Shown: positions 15,365-25,698 of the stretch, one piece after another | Layout of the letters: the number at the start of each line of letters is the position of its first letter | Position numbering within the stretch: the stretch's first letter is position 1 | Virus record (IMG/VR): IMGVR_UViG_3300017991_000133 | Location: 1 to 55,042 of that record | DNA: 55,042 nt | DNA from: a virus | Taxonomy: Duplodnaviria; Caudoviricetes | Direction: 5' to 3' (one strand) | The notes under the pieces: generated by a model | Told to the model about the DNA's origin: nothing | The model's input: the letters and a program-made list of their open reading frames with translations, nothing else | The model's database searches: none | Program-made: the position numbers and the translations under genes

Positions 15365-16672
15365 TTAGGGCAGGTAGTCGTCCCAGCCGGAAGCCGCTGC
15401 CCGGAACCAGGGATCGGCGTTTTCCATCAGGGTCCGGTAGGTCCAATCGGTCGATGCAAACTGGCCCTCCCAGCCTGAGGCCGTGTGCTTAAAATGAGGC
15501 CGCAGGTTGAACTCCACATCATAGCCGGCGGCCAGAACCTCCCGCGTCATGGCTCGTGTGGCAGCCGGCGTGTCGGTCGGTGTGCAGCCATCCTGGCTCA
15601 GCACATACCTCACGTCGGGCTTTCCTACCGTGGCCACTCGGCGCAGCGCCGTGGGTCCGTCGCAGCAGTTGTGTATGCTCATCTGGCAGACCTGCTCCAG
15701 GCGCTTCGTTTTTAGCCAGGATTCGTCCAGGCCGTTTATGCTGCTCTGCACGGAAAATTTCGGCCAGTGCGCCCAGCCCTCCGGCCGGTATGGCTGCAGG
15801 GCGTTCCACAGCAGCTGGTGCCAGCCTTGCGCGGCCCGCACCTCGTTGCCGAACTCGATCTTCACAAACGGCCAGTGCTTGGCTGCCAGGCAAAACAGCC
15901 GGTTGTAGTAGGCCATAAGATATTCGCCGGTCTTCACCCACGTGGGCTTGTCCTGGTGCTGGTCCTCGTAGTGGTGGTACATGGCGCCCCACTGGCTGCT
16001 GCCGGCCGCCGTGCCATTGCAGTTGTTGTCGCCGTTCCACCAGCTCCATTTCCAGTAGCCGGGCGGGTTGGGCTTTATGCTGCAGTGGTCGTTAGCGCTT
16101 ATCACGGCCGTCAGGTGCCGCTCGCGCATCATGGCCAGGCGCCTGTCGACCAGGGCCCAGTAGTCCTCGTTGTACTCGTCCAGGTCGTAGTCATCGGCGG
16201 CATAGTCCGGTCCCATTCGCCTGTAGGGCTGCAGGAGCCATGGCCAAGTGTGCGGCTCCCAGCCGCCCCATGCCATGCCGCGGATCTGGTTGCCGGCGCG
16301 CAGGCTGCAGAACCAATTAAGAAACGCCCCAAACTCCTCGTCGGTGGTCACGTGGTTTATGTACATGGGCGGGATCAGGCAGGTGCACACGCCCACGTGC
16401 GCGTCGTTTATTTTTAGCTTCGGGTAGCTGAGCTCCAGCGGGAGCTTCACCACCGGCTTGGGCACGTATAGGTCAATGACGCGGTCCACGGCCAGCTTTG
16501 TGTCGCGGCATGCCTCGTTATAAAACTGCACGGCGCCCCGCAGCCGGTGGGTCGCCTGGTCGTCCTCTATGATGGCAAGCGCATTGTCACGGGCGTTGCG
16601 CACACCGGCCGCCCCTTCGTTCACCCGCTGCTTTACCAGGTTAAGGCTTGCTATTATTTCCTCGTTGCTCAT
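15365..16672 (-). CDS. Putative TIM-barrel glycoside hydrolase (clan GH-A-like) with helical N-terminus
   Basis: 'YDLDEYNEDYWALVDRRL', 'IEFGNE' (NE acid/base-like), 'SIH'; last gene of the tail operon. Confidence 0.5.
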   Translation of the reverse strand: MSNEEIIASLNLVKQRVNEGAAGVRNARDNALAIIEDDQATHRLRGAVQFYNEACRDTKLAVDRVIDLYVPKPVVKLPLELSYPKLKINDAHVGVCTCLIPPMYINHVTTDEEFGAFLNWFCSLRAGNQIRGMAWGGWEPHTWPWLLQPYRRMGPDYAADDYDLDEYNEDYWALVDRRLAMMRERHLTAVISANDHCSIKPNPPGYWKWSWWNGDNNCNGTAAGSSQWGAMYHHYEDQHQDKPTWVKTGEYLMAYYNRLFCLAAKHWPFVKIEFGNEVRAAQGWHQLLWNALQPYRPEGWAHWPKFSVQSSINGLDESWLKTKRLEQVCQMSIHNCCDGPTALRRVATVGKPDVRYVLSQDGCTPTDTPAATRAMTREVLAAGYDVEFNLRPHFKHTASGWEGQFASTDWTYRTLMENADPWFRAAASGWDDYLP

Positions 16673-16685
16673 GTCATCGCTCCTG

Positions 16686-17420
16686 TTAAATGGATTGCAG
16701 ATGTGCACCGAAATAGGTGTTTTGTGCACCGTTGTCTATGTCTATGTTGCCGCCGGTATCCTGGTATGCCTGCATGATGTAAGACCATCCAGCCTGGGCG
16801 TAGACGACCTTGGATATCCCTGCGGTCAGGCGTGAGGTGCTTGCGCTTTGTCGCTGGTCGCGAGCCACCACGACGGCGTTTACCAAGAGGTCGCAGTAGT
16901 GGAGTGAGCTGTCGACGGAGCCTTTGTATAAAATGTTGCCAAAAATATGCCAAAATCCGCTCACCGGAAATGTGAACGTATAGGTGCCGGTGTTGTAATT
17001 TCCTCCTGAGTCGAATTCTTCTGTATCGCATTGAACCGTGGTCAGAGTGGCTGTGTTTATCGTTTGCTCGTTGTTAGCGTATGCGAGAAAACGGCTGTTT
17101 GTCCTTATGTGATTGTCGCCCAGCTCTACGCTGGCAAACTCCGGCTCCACGTCGCAGCTCATGCGGGCCTGCAGCACCTCGTCCCATGCAGGTGTGCCGC
17201 TGGGCTGGCATGCGCCGCTTACCGGTCCGCCCGCGCCCAGCTTATGGTAGAGCTTGTCATCGTCGGCATCGCTGGCGACCATGCCAGGCTGTGCATCGGT
17301 CAGCGCGCTCTGCGGATCGCTTTGCCGCCAATTGTTTTTCATGTGATTTACCAGCGTATCGCAGAAGCCTTCAAAGCCCTCGTAGTCGGCGCCGTTTAGC
17401 AATTCATTTCGTGTGCTCAT
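16686..17420 (-). CDS. Tail fibre/receptor-binding protein with C1q-like head
   Basis: 'DTEEFDSGGNYNTGTYTFTFPVSGFW' and 'TYFGAH' C1q/TNF-like motifs. Confidence 0.75.
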   Translation of the reverse strand: MSTRNELLNGADYEGFEGFCDTLVNHMKNNWRQSDPQSALTDAQPGMVASDADDDKLYHKLGAGGPVSGACQPSGTPAWDEVLQARMSCDVEPEFASVELGDNHIRTNSRFLAYANNEQTINTATLTTVQCDTEEFDSGGNYNTGTYTFTFPVSGFWHIFGNILYKGSVDSSLHYCDLLVNAVVVARDQRQSASTSRLTAGISKVVYAQAGWSYIMQAYQDTGGNIDIDNGAQNTYFGAHLQSI

Positions 17421-17436
17421 TGTTGTTTTCCTCCAG

Positions 17437-20175
17437 TTATTCGCATGGGCATATCACCTTAAGCGGGCTACCGCCCGGCAGGCTGTCGTCATCGCAGCTG
17501 CCAATATAGCCAAAAAAGCGCATGTACTGTGTCGCGTCCTCCCAGCTGTTGGCAATTTCGCTGCAGCGCCCGATGATAAAACACTGCGATACGAGCCATT
17601 CCAGGTCCTCTGCCTCCACGGCTATTTTTTGGTTCATCCAGTCGTAGGTGAGCGCCGTGACGTAATAATAATGCCCGGCGTTCCCCTCGCCTGTGGGGCT
17701 TATGTCGTATGGATCCTGGAGCTTAAAGTTATCAAAAATATCGATGTCCTCGATCATCTCCATGGGCAGCGTGAATGCCACCTTGCGGTGGCCGTAGGCC
17801 CGGCGCCGGAGATCCTCGGCGATACGCTGGATCGCAAAGTCCGAGCTGTTGATCCAGGGGTATTCCCATGCCTCCTCGTTGCGGTCCTCGTAGTCCTCAA
17901 CGGCGTCTTCTCGCTGCTTTTCTTCAGCTCCCAGCCACAGGCTTGCGGCCGGCTGGTAGTCCCATTTGGCTTTGACAAAGTTGATGGCTTCCGGAAGGTC
18001 ATAGGTTCTATCGGGCGCCTCCATCGTGTGCACCTGGGCCCATATGGTGAAGTCCGTTTCGTAGTTGGTGAGGTCTTTGCGGCCTGACGTAAAACGACCA
18101 TATCGGTCAGGCCAGATTTTGATTCCGGCGCTGAAAAGAAGCTCCTGGAGCGAGGAGTCGGCCTCCTTGAGTTCTGTTCCGGCCCAGCGGCCGATCTCGC
18201 CGCACCCTTGGTCGTCAAATAGGTCGGCCACCTCGTCGAAGCTGGCCAGGTTGATAAAGGCCAGCGGCACCTGGCAGATAAAAACCAAGAAAAACAGCAG
18301 CACGTATGCCGGGTTTTGGACATAGCCGTTGGCGCTGTTCCATAGCCCAAACCGGTATCCGGTGCAGTTGAAGGTAATCTTTTTATCTCCCTGGTCCGCG
18401 TTGAAATCGATATAGGTGCGGCCGTAAGCGTCGTATGATATGGTATAGTCGTTTCCTGCCCCCTCTGTCTGCAGGGATCCGGCGCTCCAGACCTGAGTTA
18501 TGCCAACTGGGCCTCCTGCAGCCGCATATTTAAACGCCGATGTGTCTACGCAGTGCGCCTCGATGGCTCCCGGGTTGCTTCCTGTCGTATGGGAGTGCAG
18601 GCCCAGCAGCTCGGGGTACCCCATGCCCAGCGCATTCTCATGGGCATCGGGCCATTCGCTCTCCGTGATAGTGTAGCGCGGCAGCACTTTGCGGAGGTGT
18701 TTGCGGCTTATGTCTTTAAGCAGGGCGCGGTATACTGGGCCCTGGAGGCTGTTGTCATCGACGATGCCGTAGAAGACGGCATGCTCCCAGTGCGCAGGCT
18801 CGCTGGCCCAGGCATGGGCAATCTCCACCACCTGATTTTTGCAGTATCCGGTGGCCAGCAGTTTCTGGAATTCCATGTCATGGCTGGCCAGGTCCACGGT
18901 CACGTCGCTTATGTTGTACATTCCGGTCATCTCGTCGATGCTGCGTTTCAGGGTGCTTACATTCAGTAGGCGTCCGTGCCAGAAGGTGTCCGGGGCTTTT
19001 GTGTCGATTGGTGCGATGTATTTGTCGACTGCCAGGCCGCCTATGATCCATCGCCACTTAAATTTTAGAATCGGCGGCCGCGGCGGATCCACGTAGTCGC
19101 CCACAAAGAAATCGAGGCGAGTGCTGGGCGTCGCGTGCCCGTCGTCGGCAGCGATCCAGTCGCCAGCGTATGCCTCGACGTTGCCAATCGCGCCTGCCAC
19201 TCCCACACCGTTTTTTCGCAGCCGTATGTGATAGGTGCCTGCTGGCATGGCCGGCATGTCCTCTATGACGATGCGCGTATCGCTGACCACGGTGAAGTCG
19301 CCGGCCGCGCCGTTTAGTGTATATGTGCCCTGGCCCTGCTGGCCTATAAAGTCGATGAAGTCTACTAGGCTGTTCCAGTTGTTTCCGGCCAGGTTGCCGC
19401 TGTAGCGGTCGCTGCTGTTGAGCTCCGCGTCGTCCTGGTCAAAGGCAAGACCGTGCAGCACTAGGCGCACGCCCCCAGCCACTGGCATGTGCATGCGGTT
19501 TAAGCTGTTGACTACCGGGTTCAGGTAGTTCACCTTGAAAGCGGATGGTTGGAAGTACGCATTACAGCTGTCTCCTGGGTTGACAAATGGCGTGCCCACT
19601 CCCACATAGTTGGCCATGCGGATGAAGACGCCGAGGGAGAAAAACTCGTCCTGTTCGTTGTTTGAACGGTGTGCGCCGTCATAGCTGGCGCACCAGGCCA
19701 TGTCGCTTATAGGCATGTCGGTGCCTATGGTAATGCCGTAGTTGTCGTAGCGGTTATGGCTGTTAGGGGGGTAACTCGTCCAGGCGTTCGCGCCGTCGTA
19801 GTGCTTCCCGGTTACCGTGTTCTTGTCCCACACGGTAGGCAGGGCTGGGTCATCCAGCTGGTATATCATGAGGGTAAAGCCAGTGGCGCCCACGTCGTTG
19901 TTGTCCATGTAGGCCGTGAATTGCAAGGCGTAATCGACAACCTCGTCCATGCCGGCCGTAAGCTCAAAGTCCGCTGCCTCGCAGCGCAGCACGCCGTACC
20001 ATTGGTGGTACATGGGCCCCGCTGTGGTGGCTGCGCCGAGGAAGGCGATATCGCCACCGGCATAGGCCAGGTGATCATTCGTGTACTCGCCTATAGCGTC
20101 ACAGCTGTTGTCGGCGCAGCTGCAGAGAATGCTGCGTGCCACCATGTTCGTTGCCCAAAGCCGCCAGGGTAACAT
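17437..20175 (-). CDS. Large tail tip/hub protein
   Basis: 912 aa, beta-rich, downstream of tape measure and Dit-like genes. Confidence 0.7.
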   Translation of the reverse strand: MLPWRLWATNMVARSILCSCADNSCDAIGEYTNDHLAYAGGDIAFLGAATTAGPMYHQWYGVLRCEAADFELTAGMDEVVDYALQFTAYMDNNDVGATGFTLMIYQLDDPALPTVWDKNTVTGKHYDGANAWTSYPPNSHNRYDNYGITIGTDMPISDMAWCASYDGAHRSNNEQDEFFSLGVFIRMANYVGVGTPFVNPGDSCNAYFQPSAFKVNYLNPVVNSLNRMHMPVAGGVRLVLHGLAFDQDDAELNSSDRYSGNLAGNNWNSLVDFIDFIGQQGQGTYTLNGAAGDFTVVSDTRIVIEDMPAMPAGTYHIRLRKNGVGVAGAIGNVEAYAGDWIAADDGHATPSTRLDFFVGDYVDPPRPPILKFKWRWIIGGLAVDKYIAPIDTKAPDTFWHGRLLNVSTLKRSIDEMTGMYNISDVTVDLASHDMEFQKLLATGYCKNQVVEIAHAWASEPAHWEHAVFYGIVDDNSLQGPVYRALLKDISRKHLRKVLPRYTITESEWPDAHENALGMGYPELLGLHSHTTGSNPGAIEAHCVDTSAFKYAAAGGPVGITQVWSAGSLQTEGAGNDYTISYDAYGRTYIDFNADQGDKKITFNCTGYRFGLWNSANGYVQNPAYVLLFFLVFICQVPLAFINLASFDEVADLFDDQGCGEIGRWAGTELKEADSSLQELLFSAGIKIWPDRYGRFTSGRKDLTNYETDFTIWAQVHTMEAPDRTYDLPEAINFVKAKWDYQPAASLWLGAEEKQREDAVEDYEDRNEEAWEYPWINSSDFAIQRIAEDLRRRAYGHRKVAFTLPMEMIEDIDIFDNFKLQDPYDISPTGEGNAGHYYYVTALTYDWMNQKIAVEAEDLEWLVSQCFIIGRCSEIANSWEDATQYMRFFGYIGSCDDDSLPGGSPLKVICPCE

Positions 20176-20176
20176 G

Positions 20177-21100
20177 TCAGGCCACCTTCATCATAATCGT
20201 GGGCAGGTTCGTGTTATTTACCATGGCCCCGCCTCCAGGGCATGGGTCTGGCATGGCGCCGTATGCTTGTGAAATTTTCCAATAAAGATCGGGGGACGTT
20301 ACAAAATTACCATCATCATATCCCAAAATCCCATACCATCCTTGTGGATCTTGGCTGTTGTAGTCGATGGCGCGCACGATTATGTCGGCGTCGCCGTCTG
20401 TTAAAATGGCCAGCCAGTACAGCCCCGGGCCTATCGTCTCGGTTATGGCCTGGGTCTTATGGCCGGCAGCCGTGCCGTCAAGTGCCGCGCTGCCTACCAC
20501 CAGGTTGTCGGGATATACATCGCCGTCGTCATCGTATATGCCCAGGCGGATGACGCCGTTCGTTCTGCCTGTGGTCACGTAGCAGCTTATCTGGTCGAAG
20601 GACTGCGACACGGGCACCACAAACGGCATGGCGTATATGTAGTCGCGGTTCACGGGCTGTGTGGTTGTTGAGTAGTACTCCCAGGAGGTGTAGCTGCGTC
20701 CGCTGCGCCGGTGCGCCATGCAGTTCTCCGCCCCACCGCCTGCGCCTCCGGCCTGCGCTTCCCAGGCGCTGGCGCCAGCGTCCCAGGTCAGCACGTCGCC
20801 GTCGTTTGGGGCCGCCGCGTCCACATCGCCAAGGTCATCCAAGTCTATCTCGGACGGGTCCACGTCCAGGTCTATCTCGCCGTTTACTGCATCCAGCGCC
20901 ACCGTGATGAGTGCGCTTGCCGCCACCAGGCTCCGGAAGCGCAGATCTACGCCCACCTTACTATCGTATGGGCCCACACCCGCGCCGCGGTTGCTTCCGG
21001 TATTGGCTTCGCCGCCGCCCCCGCCTCCGGCTAGTTGGTTCTGCAGCACGCGGATCTTGTGGTAGATGTCTCTTAATTGAGCCTGTACGCTTAGTGCCAT
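20177..21100 (-). CDS. Tail fibre protein
   Basis: 'GEANTGSN', 'LRFRSL', 'LDDLGDVD...DGDVLTWD...W' fibre repeats. Confidence 0.75.
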   Translation of the reverse strand: MALSVQAQLRDIYHKIRVLQNQLAGGGGGGEANTGSNRGAGVGPYDSKVGVDLRFRSLVAASALITVALDAVNGEIDLDVDPSEIDLDDLGDVDAAAPNDGDVLTWDAGASAWEAQAGGAGGGAENCMAHRRSGRSYTSWEYYSTTTQPVNRDYIYAMPFVVPVSQSFDQISCYVTTGRTNGVIRLGIYDDDGDVYPDNLVVGSAALDGTAAGHKTQAITETIGPGLYWLAILTDGDADIIVRAIDYNSQDPQGWYGILGYDDGNFVTSPDLYWKISQAYGAMPDPCPGGGAMVNNTNLPTIMMKVA

Positions 21101-21104
21101 TGTT

Positions 21105-21962
21105 CTATCCTAAAAGTGTAATTCCGCAGGTCAGGGTGCGGAGCTCTATGGTCCACTCGTAGTCCTCGCACAGGATGCCTTTGGTCAGCTGCTGGCCAAA
21201 GCCCTCTGTGTTTCTCATGTGAACGTAGTAGGCGAATTTGAAGTGATCGTCGGGGATGAAAACAAACTTTCCTCCGGCTTGTTTCACTGCGCTTAAAAAC
21301 AGCCGCAGCTCGTCCACCTGTGCTGGGTCGTTTTGGCTGCGGATCTTGATGCTGAAGTGCTCGGCCTCGCTGTAGTAATTGCTCCAGATTTGGCCGTAAT
21401 AGGTGTCTGCGGTGCCCTCGTAGAATACGGGGCCATCGGCCCTCCCTGGTTCAAGGCGTGCATGGCTGAATGTGTGGGAGGTGCCAAGGAAAAGCTCTCC
21501 TACCTCGATATACCCGTCGGGGTTTGCTGCGTCAATAAATTCCCACATCCAAAACTGGTGAGCGCCCCAGTTGAATCGCTGGTACAGGTTATCAAAGTCC
21601 GGCACCATGCGCGGCAGCAGGCTCATCTCGTGAGCCGGCGTGTCCCAGTCGCAGGCGCCGCTTTGGCCGGGGCAGGCATCGTCGCATGCCTTCATGTCCA
21701 GCAGGTCCCCGCTCTGCAGCATGGAGAAATTTGTGCAAAACATGGCGCAGAGGTTCGGCGATTTGGCCTCATTGAGGTCTACGCAGATCCACTCGGGGAT
21801 CGCCCCGCTTGTGGTCCCTACGCCGTCAAATCGGAAGGGAAAGCTGGGGCGGACGTTGTAGAGATTTTCGAGCACGTAGAGGTCGGCCTCGCTGCTGCTG
21901 TAGAGCGAGGTGTCGCTGCCAATGAAGTTATCTATCGCATATCGAAGTTTTCCTATGGCCAT
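21105..21962 (-). CDS. Distal tail (Dit-like) protein
   Basis: Immediately after the tape measure; 'GYIEVGELFLG'. Confidence 0.6.
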   Translation of the reverse strand: MAIGKLRYAIDNFIGSDTSLYSSSEADLYVLENLYNVRPSFPFRFDGVGTTSGAIPEWICVDLNEAKSPNLCAMFCTNFSMLQSGDLLDMKACDDACPGQSGACDWDTPAHEMSLLPRMVPDFDNLYQRFNWGAHQFWMWEFIDAANPDGYIEVGELFLGTSHTFSHARLEPGRADGPVFYEGTADTYYGQIWSNYYSEAEHFSIKIRSQNDPAQVDELRLFLSAVKQAGGKFVFIPDDHFKFAYYVHMRNTEGFGQQLTKGILCEDYEWTIELRTLTCGITLLG

Positions 21963-21963
21963 G

Positions 21964-24609
21964 TTATGTCTCCAAAAGGATCCGCTTCAGCCGGTCTTTG
22001 AAGCGGCCGTCGTTCTCCAGTGCCGCCAGCATCTCCGGCACCATGCGCTGTCGCGCGTAATCGCGGTCGGTTATCATGAGGCCCTGCATCTTCACCGTCT
22101 GTTCGTTTTGAATGTTGACCTGCTGCTGCCTCATCTGCTGAGCCATGATGTTTTTAAGGGCATCGCTGCGGGCAATGATCTCGGGGTTTCTTCTGGATCC
22201 GTGCGCCATGACAAGCTGCGTGCGATCGATGACGGCTCCGTTGGCTGCGCTGGTTACGTTTTTTATGGCTTTGACCAGCGCTTCGCTTGCCTCCGCTGTG
22301 CGCTTGGCATAGCTCTTGACGTTGTCGAGGCGTTTGTTCACGGCGTCGAATTTCCTGGGGATAATGCCGTGGAGGCCCTCGATCATCTGGTCGTATTTTG
22401 CCAGGAACCAGTTGAATTGATTGTCGCGGAAGTCGGTTCTCAGTGTGGCCAGAATGTTATTCGTATTCTGGACCAGGTCCTTTATGTGGTTTTTTGTGGC
22501 CTTGCCCATACCGCCGGCCAGGCCGCCTATGAGTCCGCCGATGGCGCCGCCCAGGATTCCCCCTGGGCTCAGGCCGCCGGCTAACTTTCCAATGCCTCCA
22601 ATGAGATCCTTGACCTTGCCGCCGACTCCTCCGAAAAGGCTGCCGAGGCCCTTGGCGGCGTTTCCAATTCCTGAGGTCAGGCCGCCTGCCACGTCCTTGA
22701 TTCCTCCCAGCGCTTTGGCTACAAATCCCAATGTCCATTTGCTGATCAGTTGGGATACGAGGGTAAAGAATTGGTTTTTAATCCCTCCCCAAATACTACC
22801 TGCCACGTCTTTAAAACTGCGAGCGCCCATGAGCATATCTTTGAGCCCGAGGGTCCATTCGTCTTTTATGTACTGGCTTGTCTCGCCGAAAACGGTTGCA
22901 GTCTCCTCGGCTGCAGGCTTCACGGCTTTGGGGAATTCAGCGGCTTTGCTTGTCATTTCCGTAAAAACGAGATCAAATTCGCGGCCGGCCGCCGGAATGG
23001 TGTCCACCACCGTCTCGGTAAGGCTGGCGATCTCTTCGCTTGTCGTCTCGACGGCTGTTCTGTAGTCCTCGAGAGAAAGCTTGCCGTCTTTGTATGCCTG
23101 CTCCAGCTGCCGGAGGTAGCCCTCAAGCTCGTCTACGCGGTCCTGCTTTTGTTGGAGCGTTTTGATTCCGAGTTCCGAAAGATAGTCGGTCCAGTCCTTT
23201 TGCTTTTCTTTGGCTGACTCGATCTGCGGAATGAGATTGTTCTGCAGGGCCGCGGAGAAGTCGTCTGTGGCGGATGTCTGTGCTTCGACCGTCTCTTTCT
23301 GTTTTTCGCATACCTTCGTGTAGGCATCCTGAAGCTCTTTTCCCTCTTTGCCGCGCTTTATGGCCATGGCCAGCGCTGCGGCGTTGCCGTGATAGGCGTC
23401 TCGCAGCTTGAGGAATTGCCGCTCACTCAGCCCGGCTGCATCGGTTGCTTCTTTGATCTTGCGGAAAAGCTTTCCTTCCTGATCCAGGCTCCGCTGGGCG
23501 GATTTGTTTGCTTCATCCCGGGCCTTTTTTACCTTCATGTAGCCCAGGGCCAGGGCCCCGAGGGCTGCGGTCAGAAGGGTGACTGGTCCCAGGGCTGCAA
23601 GAGATGCACCTTTCAGCACGCCCATGAGGGCGCTGACGCCCTGGATCGCTTTTCCTGCTGCAGAAAAGCCCGATACGAGCTTGGGCAGCGCGATGACCAG
23701 CGGGCCCAGGGCCAGCATGACGCTGCCTACGATGGCTGCAATTTTTACCAGCCGCTGTGTGAGCTCGGGGTGAGCGTCGGTCCATTCCTTGACCTTTTGG
23801 ACCACCTTGGTAATTCCGTTCACGATCTTGGTTGCTATGGGCAGCAGCTGCTGTCCGAGCGTCGTGGCCACGTCCTGGAGGCGGGCCTTTAGAAGTCGTT
23901 GCTGATTGGCAAAGCTGTCGGAGGTGCGGGCGTAGTCGCCTATGGCGTTTTTGCTCTGATCCATGGCGATCTGCAGCGTAGCTTCGGCCGCCGCCTGCTT
24001 GTAGGCCAGGCCGGTCAGGTTGTCTTTGCCCTCTGCTAGCAGCCGCTCTTTAACCATCTCCTCGGTTATAACAATGCCCAGGCTCTTGATGCTTTCGCGT
24101 TCGCCCAGCATGGCATTGGTCAGGGCTTCGCTGGCGCCCTTGGCTCCACCGCTGTAGTTTGTAAATGAGGCAAGATCGACGGCAAGCTGCTGGGTTTTTT
24201 CGCTGAGGTCCAGTGCTATCCCGGGCATGACGCCTAAGCCGGTCAGCAGGTCGCCTGTGGCTCCCAGCATATCGCGGGCTGCCGTTGAGCTTACGCCGTA
24301 GCTCTCGGCAAGGTTATCGGCTGCCGTTTCTGCCTGCTCGCTTACGTCCTGAAACACGGTGCCAAACTTGGCGTATGTTTCCTCGGCGTCGCTGGCGGCT
24401 TTGATGGTGGATCCCAGCGCCCCCACGATGACGCCGCCGGTTATCGTCATGGCGGCTCCCAGGGCCTGAAAGCGCTTTGTTGTTCTTTCGCTGAATTGCT
24501 TGAGCGAGCGCTCGTCCTCTTTCACTTTCTGGACGGACTGGGCCCACTTCGTGCGGTCAAGCACCATCTTGCCGACTACGCTGCCGGCGAGAAATGCTCC
24601 GCCTATCAT
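21964..24609 (-). CDS. Tape measure protein
   Basis: 881 aa, Ala/Gly-rich helical with hydrophobic segments; follows the tail chaperones. Confidence 0.92.
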   Translation of the reverse strand: MIGGAFLAGSVVGKMVLDRTKWAQSVQKVKEDERSLKQFSERTTKRFQALGAAMTITGGVIVGALGSTIKAASDAEETYAKFGTVFQDVSEQAETAADNLAESYGVSSTAARDMLGATGDLLTGLGVMPGIALDLSEKTQQLAVDLASFTNYSGGAKGASEALTNAMLGERESIKSLGIVITEEMVKERLLAEGKDNLTGLAYKQAAAEATLQIAMDQSKNAIGDYARTSDSFANQQRLLKARLQDVATTLGQQLLPIATKIVNGITKVVQKVKEWTDAHPELTQRLVKIAAIVGSVMLALGPLVIALPKLVSGFSAAGKAIQGVSALMGVLKGASLAALGPVTLLTAALGALALGYMKVKKARDEANKSAQRSLDQEGKLFRKIKEATDAAGLSERQFLKLRDAYHGNAAALAMAIKRGKEGKELQDAYTKVCEKQKETVEAQTSATDDFSAALQNNLIPQIESAKEKQKDWTDYLSELGIKTLQQKQDRVDELEGYLRQLEQAYKDGKLSLEDYRTAVETTSEEIASLTETVVDTIPAAGREFDLVFTEMTSKAAEFPKAVKPAAEETATVFGETSQYIKDEWTLGLKDMLMGARSFKDVAGSIWGGIKNQFFTLVSQLISKWTLGFVAKALGGIKDVAGGLTSGIGNAAKGLGSLFGGVGGKVKDLIGGIGKLAGGLSPGGILGGAIGGLIGGLAGGMGKATKNHIKDLVQNTNNILATLRTDFRDNQFNWFLAKYDQMIEGLHGIIPRKFDAVNKRLDNVKSYAKRTAEASEALVKAIKNVTSAANGAVIDRTQLVMAHGSRRNPEIIARSDALKNIMAQQMRQQQVNIQNEQTVKMQGLMITDRDYARQRMVPEMLAALENDGRFKDRLKRILLET

Positions 24610-24610
24610 G

Positions 24611-24871
24611 TCATCCTCCCTGTTCCAGGTTCATTAGCTGCCACTTGAAACGCGTGATCTCGTCGCTGTATGCGGTGCCATCGCTCATGGCCACTCGCAC
24701 GGCATAGACCAGGTCGGCGCGTCGCTCTATGGCGCGCTTTGCTGCCTCTCTGTACCAGAACTCCTCCTCTCTGAAATCCATGCGGGCCAGCTCGGCTCGC
24801 GTGAACTGGCCTGGAAACTCTGCTGCTATGAAAGCTAGTTTTTGTCGCCAGGCCCTGTCGCTTTTTTTCCC
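24611..24871 (-). other. -1 frameshift site G GGA AAA (24871-24865) and gpGT-like extension to stop at 24611
   Basis: In-frame X XXY YYZ heptamer; the -1 frame is open (KSDRAWRQKLAFIAAEFPGQFTRAEL...EQGG*) up to the tape-measure start. Confidence 0.85.
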
Positions 24872-25152
24872 GGGGTATCGGCCAGCTCCGGGTTGAAAAC
24901 CTGCTCGGTTATGTTCGTCAGAAGCCGGTCCACTACGCGAATGTCCAGCCGATCCAGCTCTTTATGCTTGCCAAAAATGACCTCGAGCTGCTTATAGGCA
25001 GCTTCGCTATCGCCCTTGGCGGCGTCTCGGGCCAGCTGCTCGATCTTTTTGATCGCTTCCCGGTCCAAAATGTTAGCGGTGTAGGTCTTGCCGTTGATCT
25101 TGGCGGTTATGGGCTTGTGTATCGGTTTTTTTTCGTCGTATTCGAAGCCCAT
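24835..25152 (-). CDS. Tail assembly chaperone (gpG-like)
   Basis: Between the major tail protein and tape measure; ends with a slippery sequence. Confidence 0.85.
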   Translation of the reverse strand: MGFEYDEKKPIHKPITAKINGKTYTANILDREAIKKIEQLARDAAKGDSEAAYKQLEVIFGKHKELDRLDIRVVDRLLTNITEQVFNPELADTPGKKATGPGDKN

Positions 25153-25156
25153 GGGC

Positions 25157-25678
25157 CTATACTCCGTACTGGTACAGTTTGCCTTTGTAGCCGCTGTCCT
25201 GGTTCACGAAAACTTTGAAAACGACCATGTGCACTCGCTGGCCCTCGCGGTCAAAGCCCAGCTCGAACGTTCTGTAGGGGAAGCACTTGTAGAGCAGGAT
25301 CCAGGTGCAGGTGTCCGCGTCGGGCTCGTTGTCGCAGAGGGGCTTCAGCACGACCTGCTTGGCGTTCTCGTACATTGCGCAGCCGGCCTTCGCCTTGAAT
25401 ATGGCTGTGCACGGGCCTGCGCCGCTTTCGACTCCCTCGAGAAGATCGATAAGCTGCTGCAGAGCGCTGCGCGCCATGGGCACCTGGAGCTCTACCACGG
25501 TGCCGGTGAAGACGGCGTCGACGGGTGTCTCACCCCAGCCTTCCTCTTGAACGTCGCTAACGCTGTCGGTCGTTGTCAGTGATACGGTGCCGAGGACGGG
25601 GTTCAAGATCAGCGGTGTTCCGCCGTAGTCCCACACTACCTGTACGGGCCCTTTGTCCCCAAATGGTAACTTAGGCAT
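25157..25678 (-). CDS. Major tail (tube) protein
   Basis: 173 aa, beta-rich; position in the module. Confidence 0.8.
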   Translation of the reverse strand: MPKLPFGDKGPVQVVWDYGGTPLILNPVLGTVSLTTTDSVSDVQEEGWGETPVDAVFTGTVVELQVPMARSALQQLIDLLEGVESGAGPCTAIFKAKAGCAMYENAKQVVLKPLCDNEPDADTCTWILLYKCFPYRTFELGFDREGQRVHMVVFKVFVNQDSGYKGKLYQYGV

Positions 25679-25698
25679 GTCTGCCTCCTTTCATAAAG

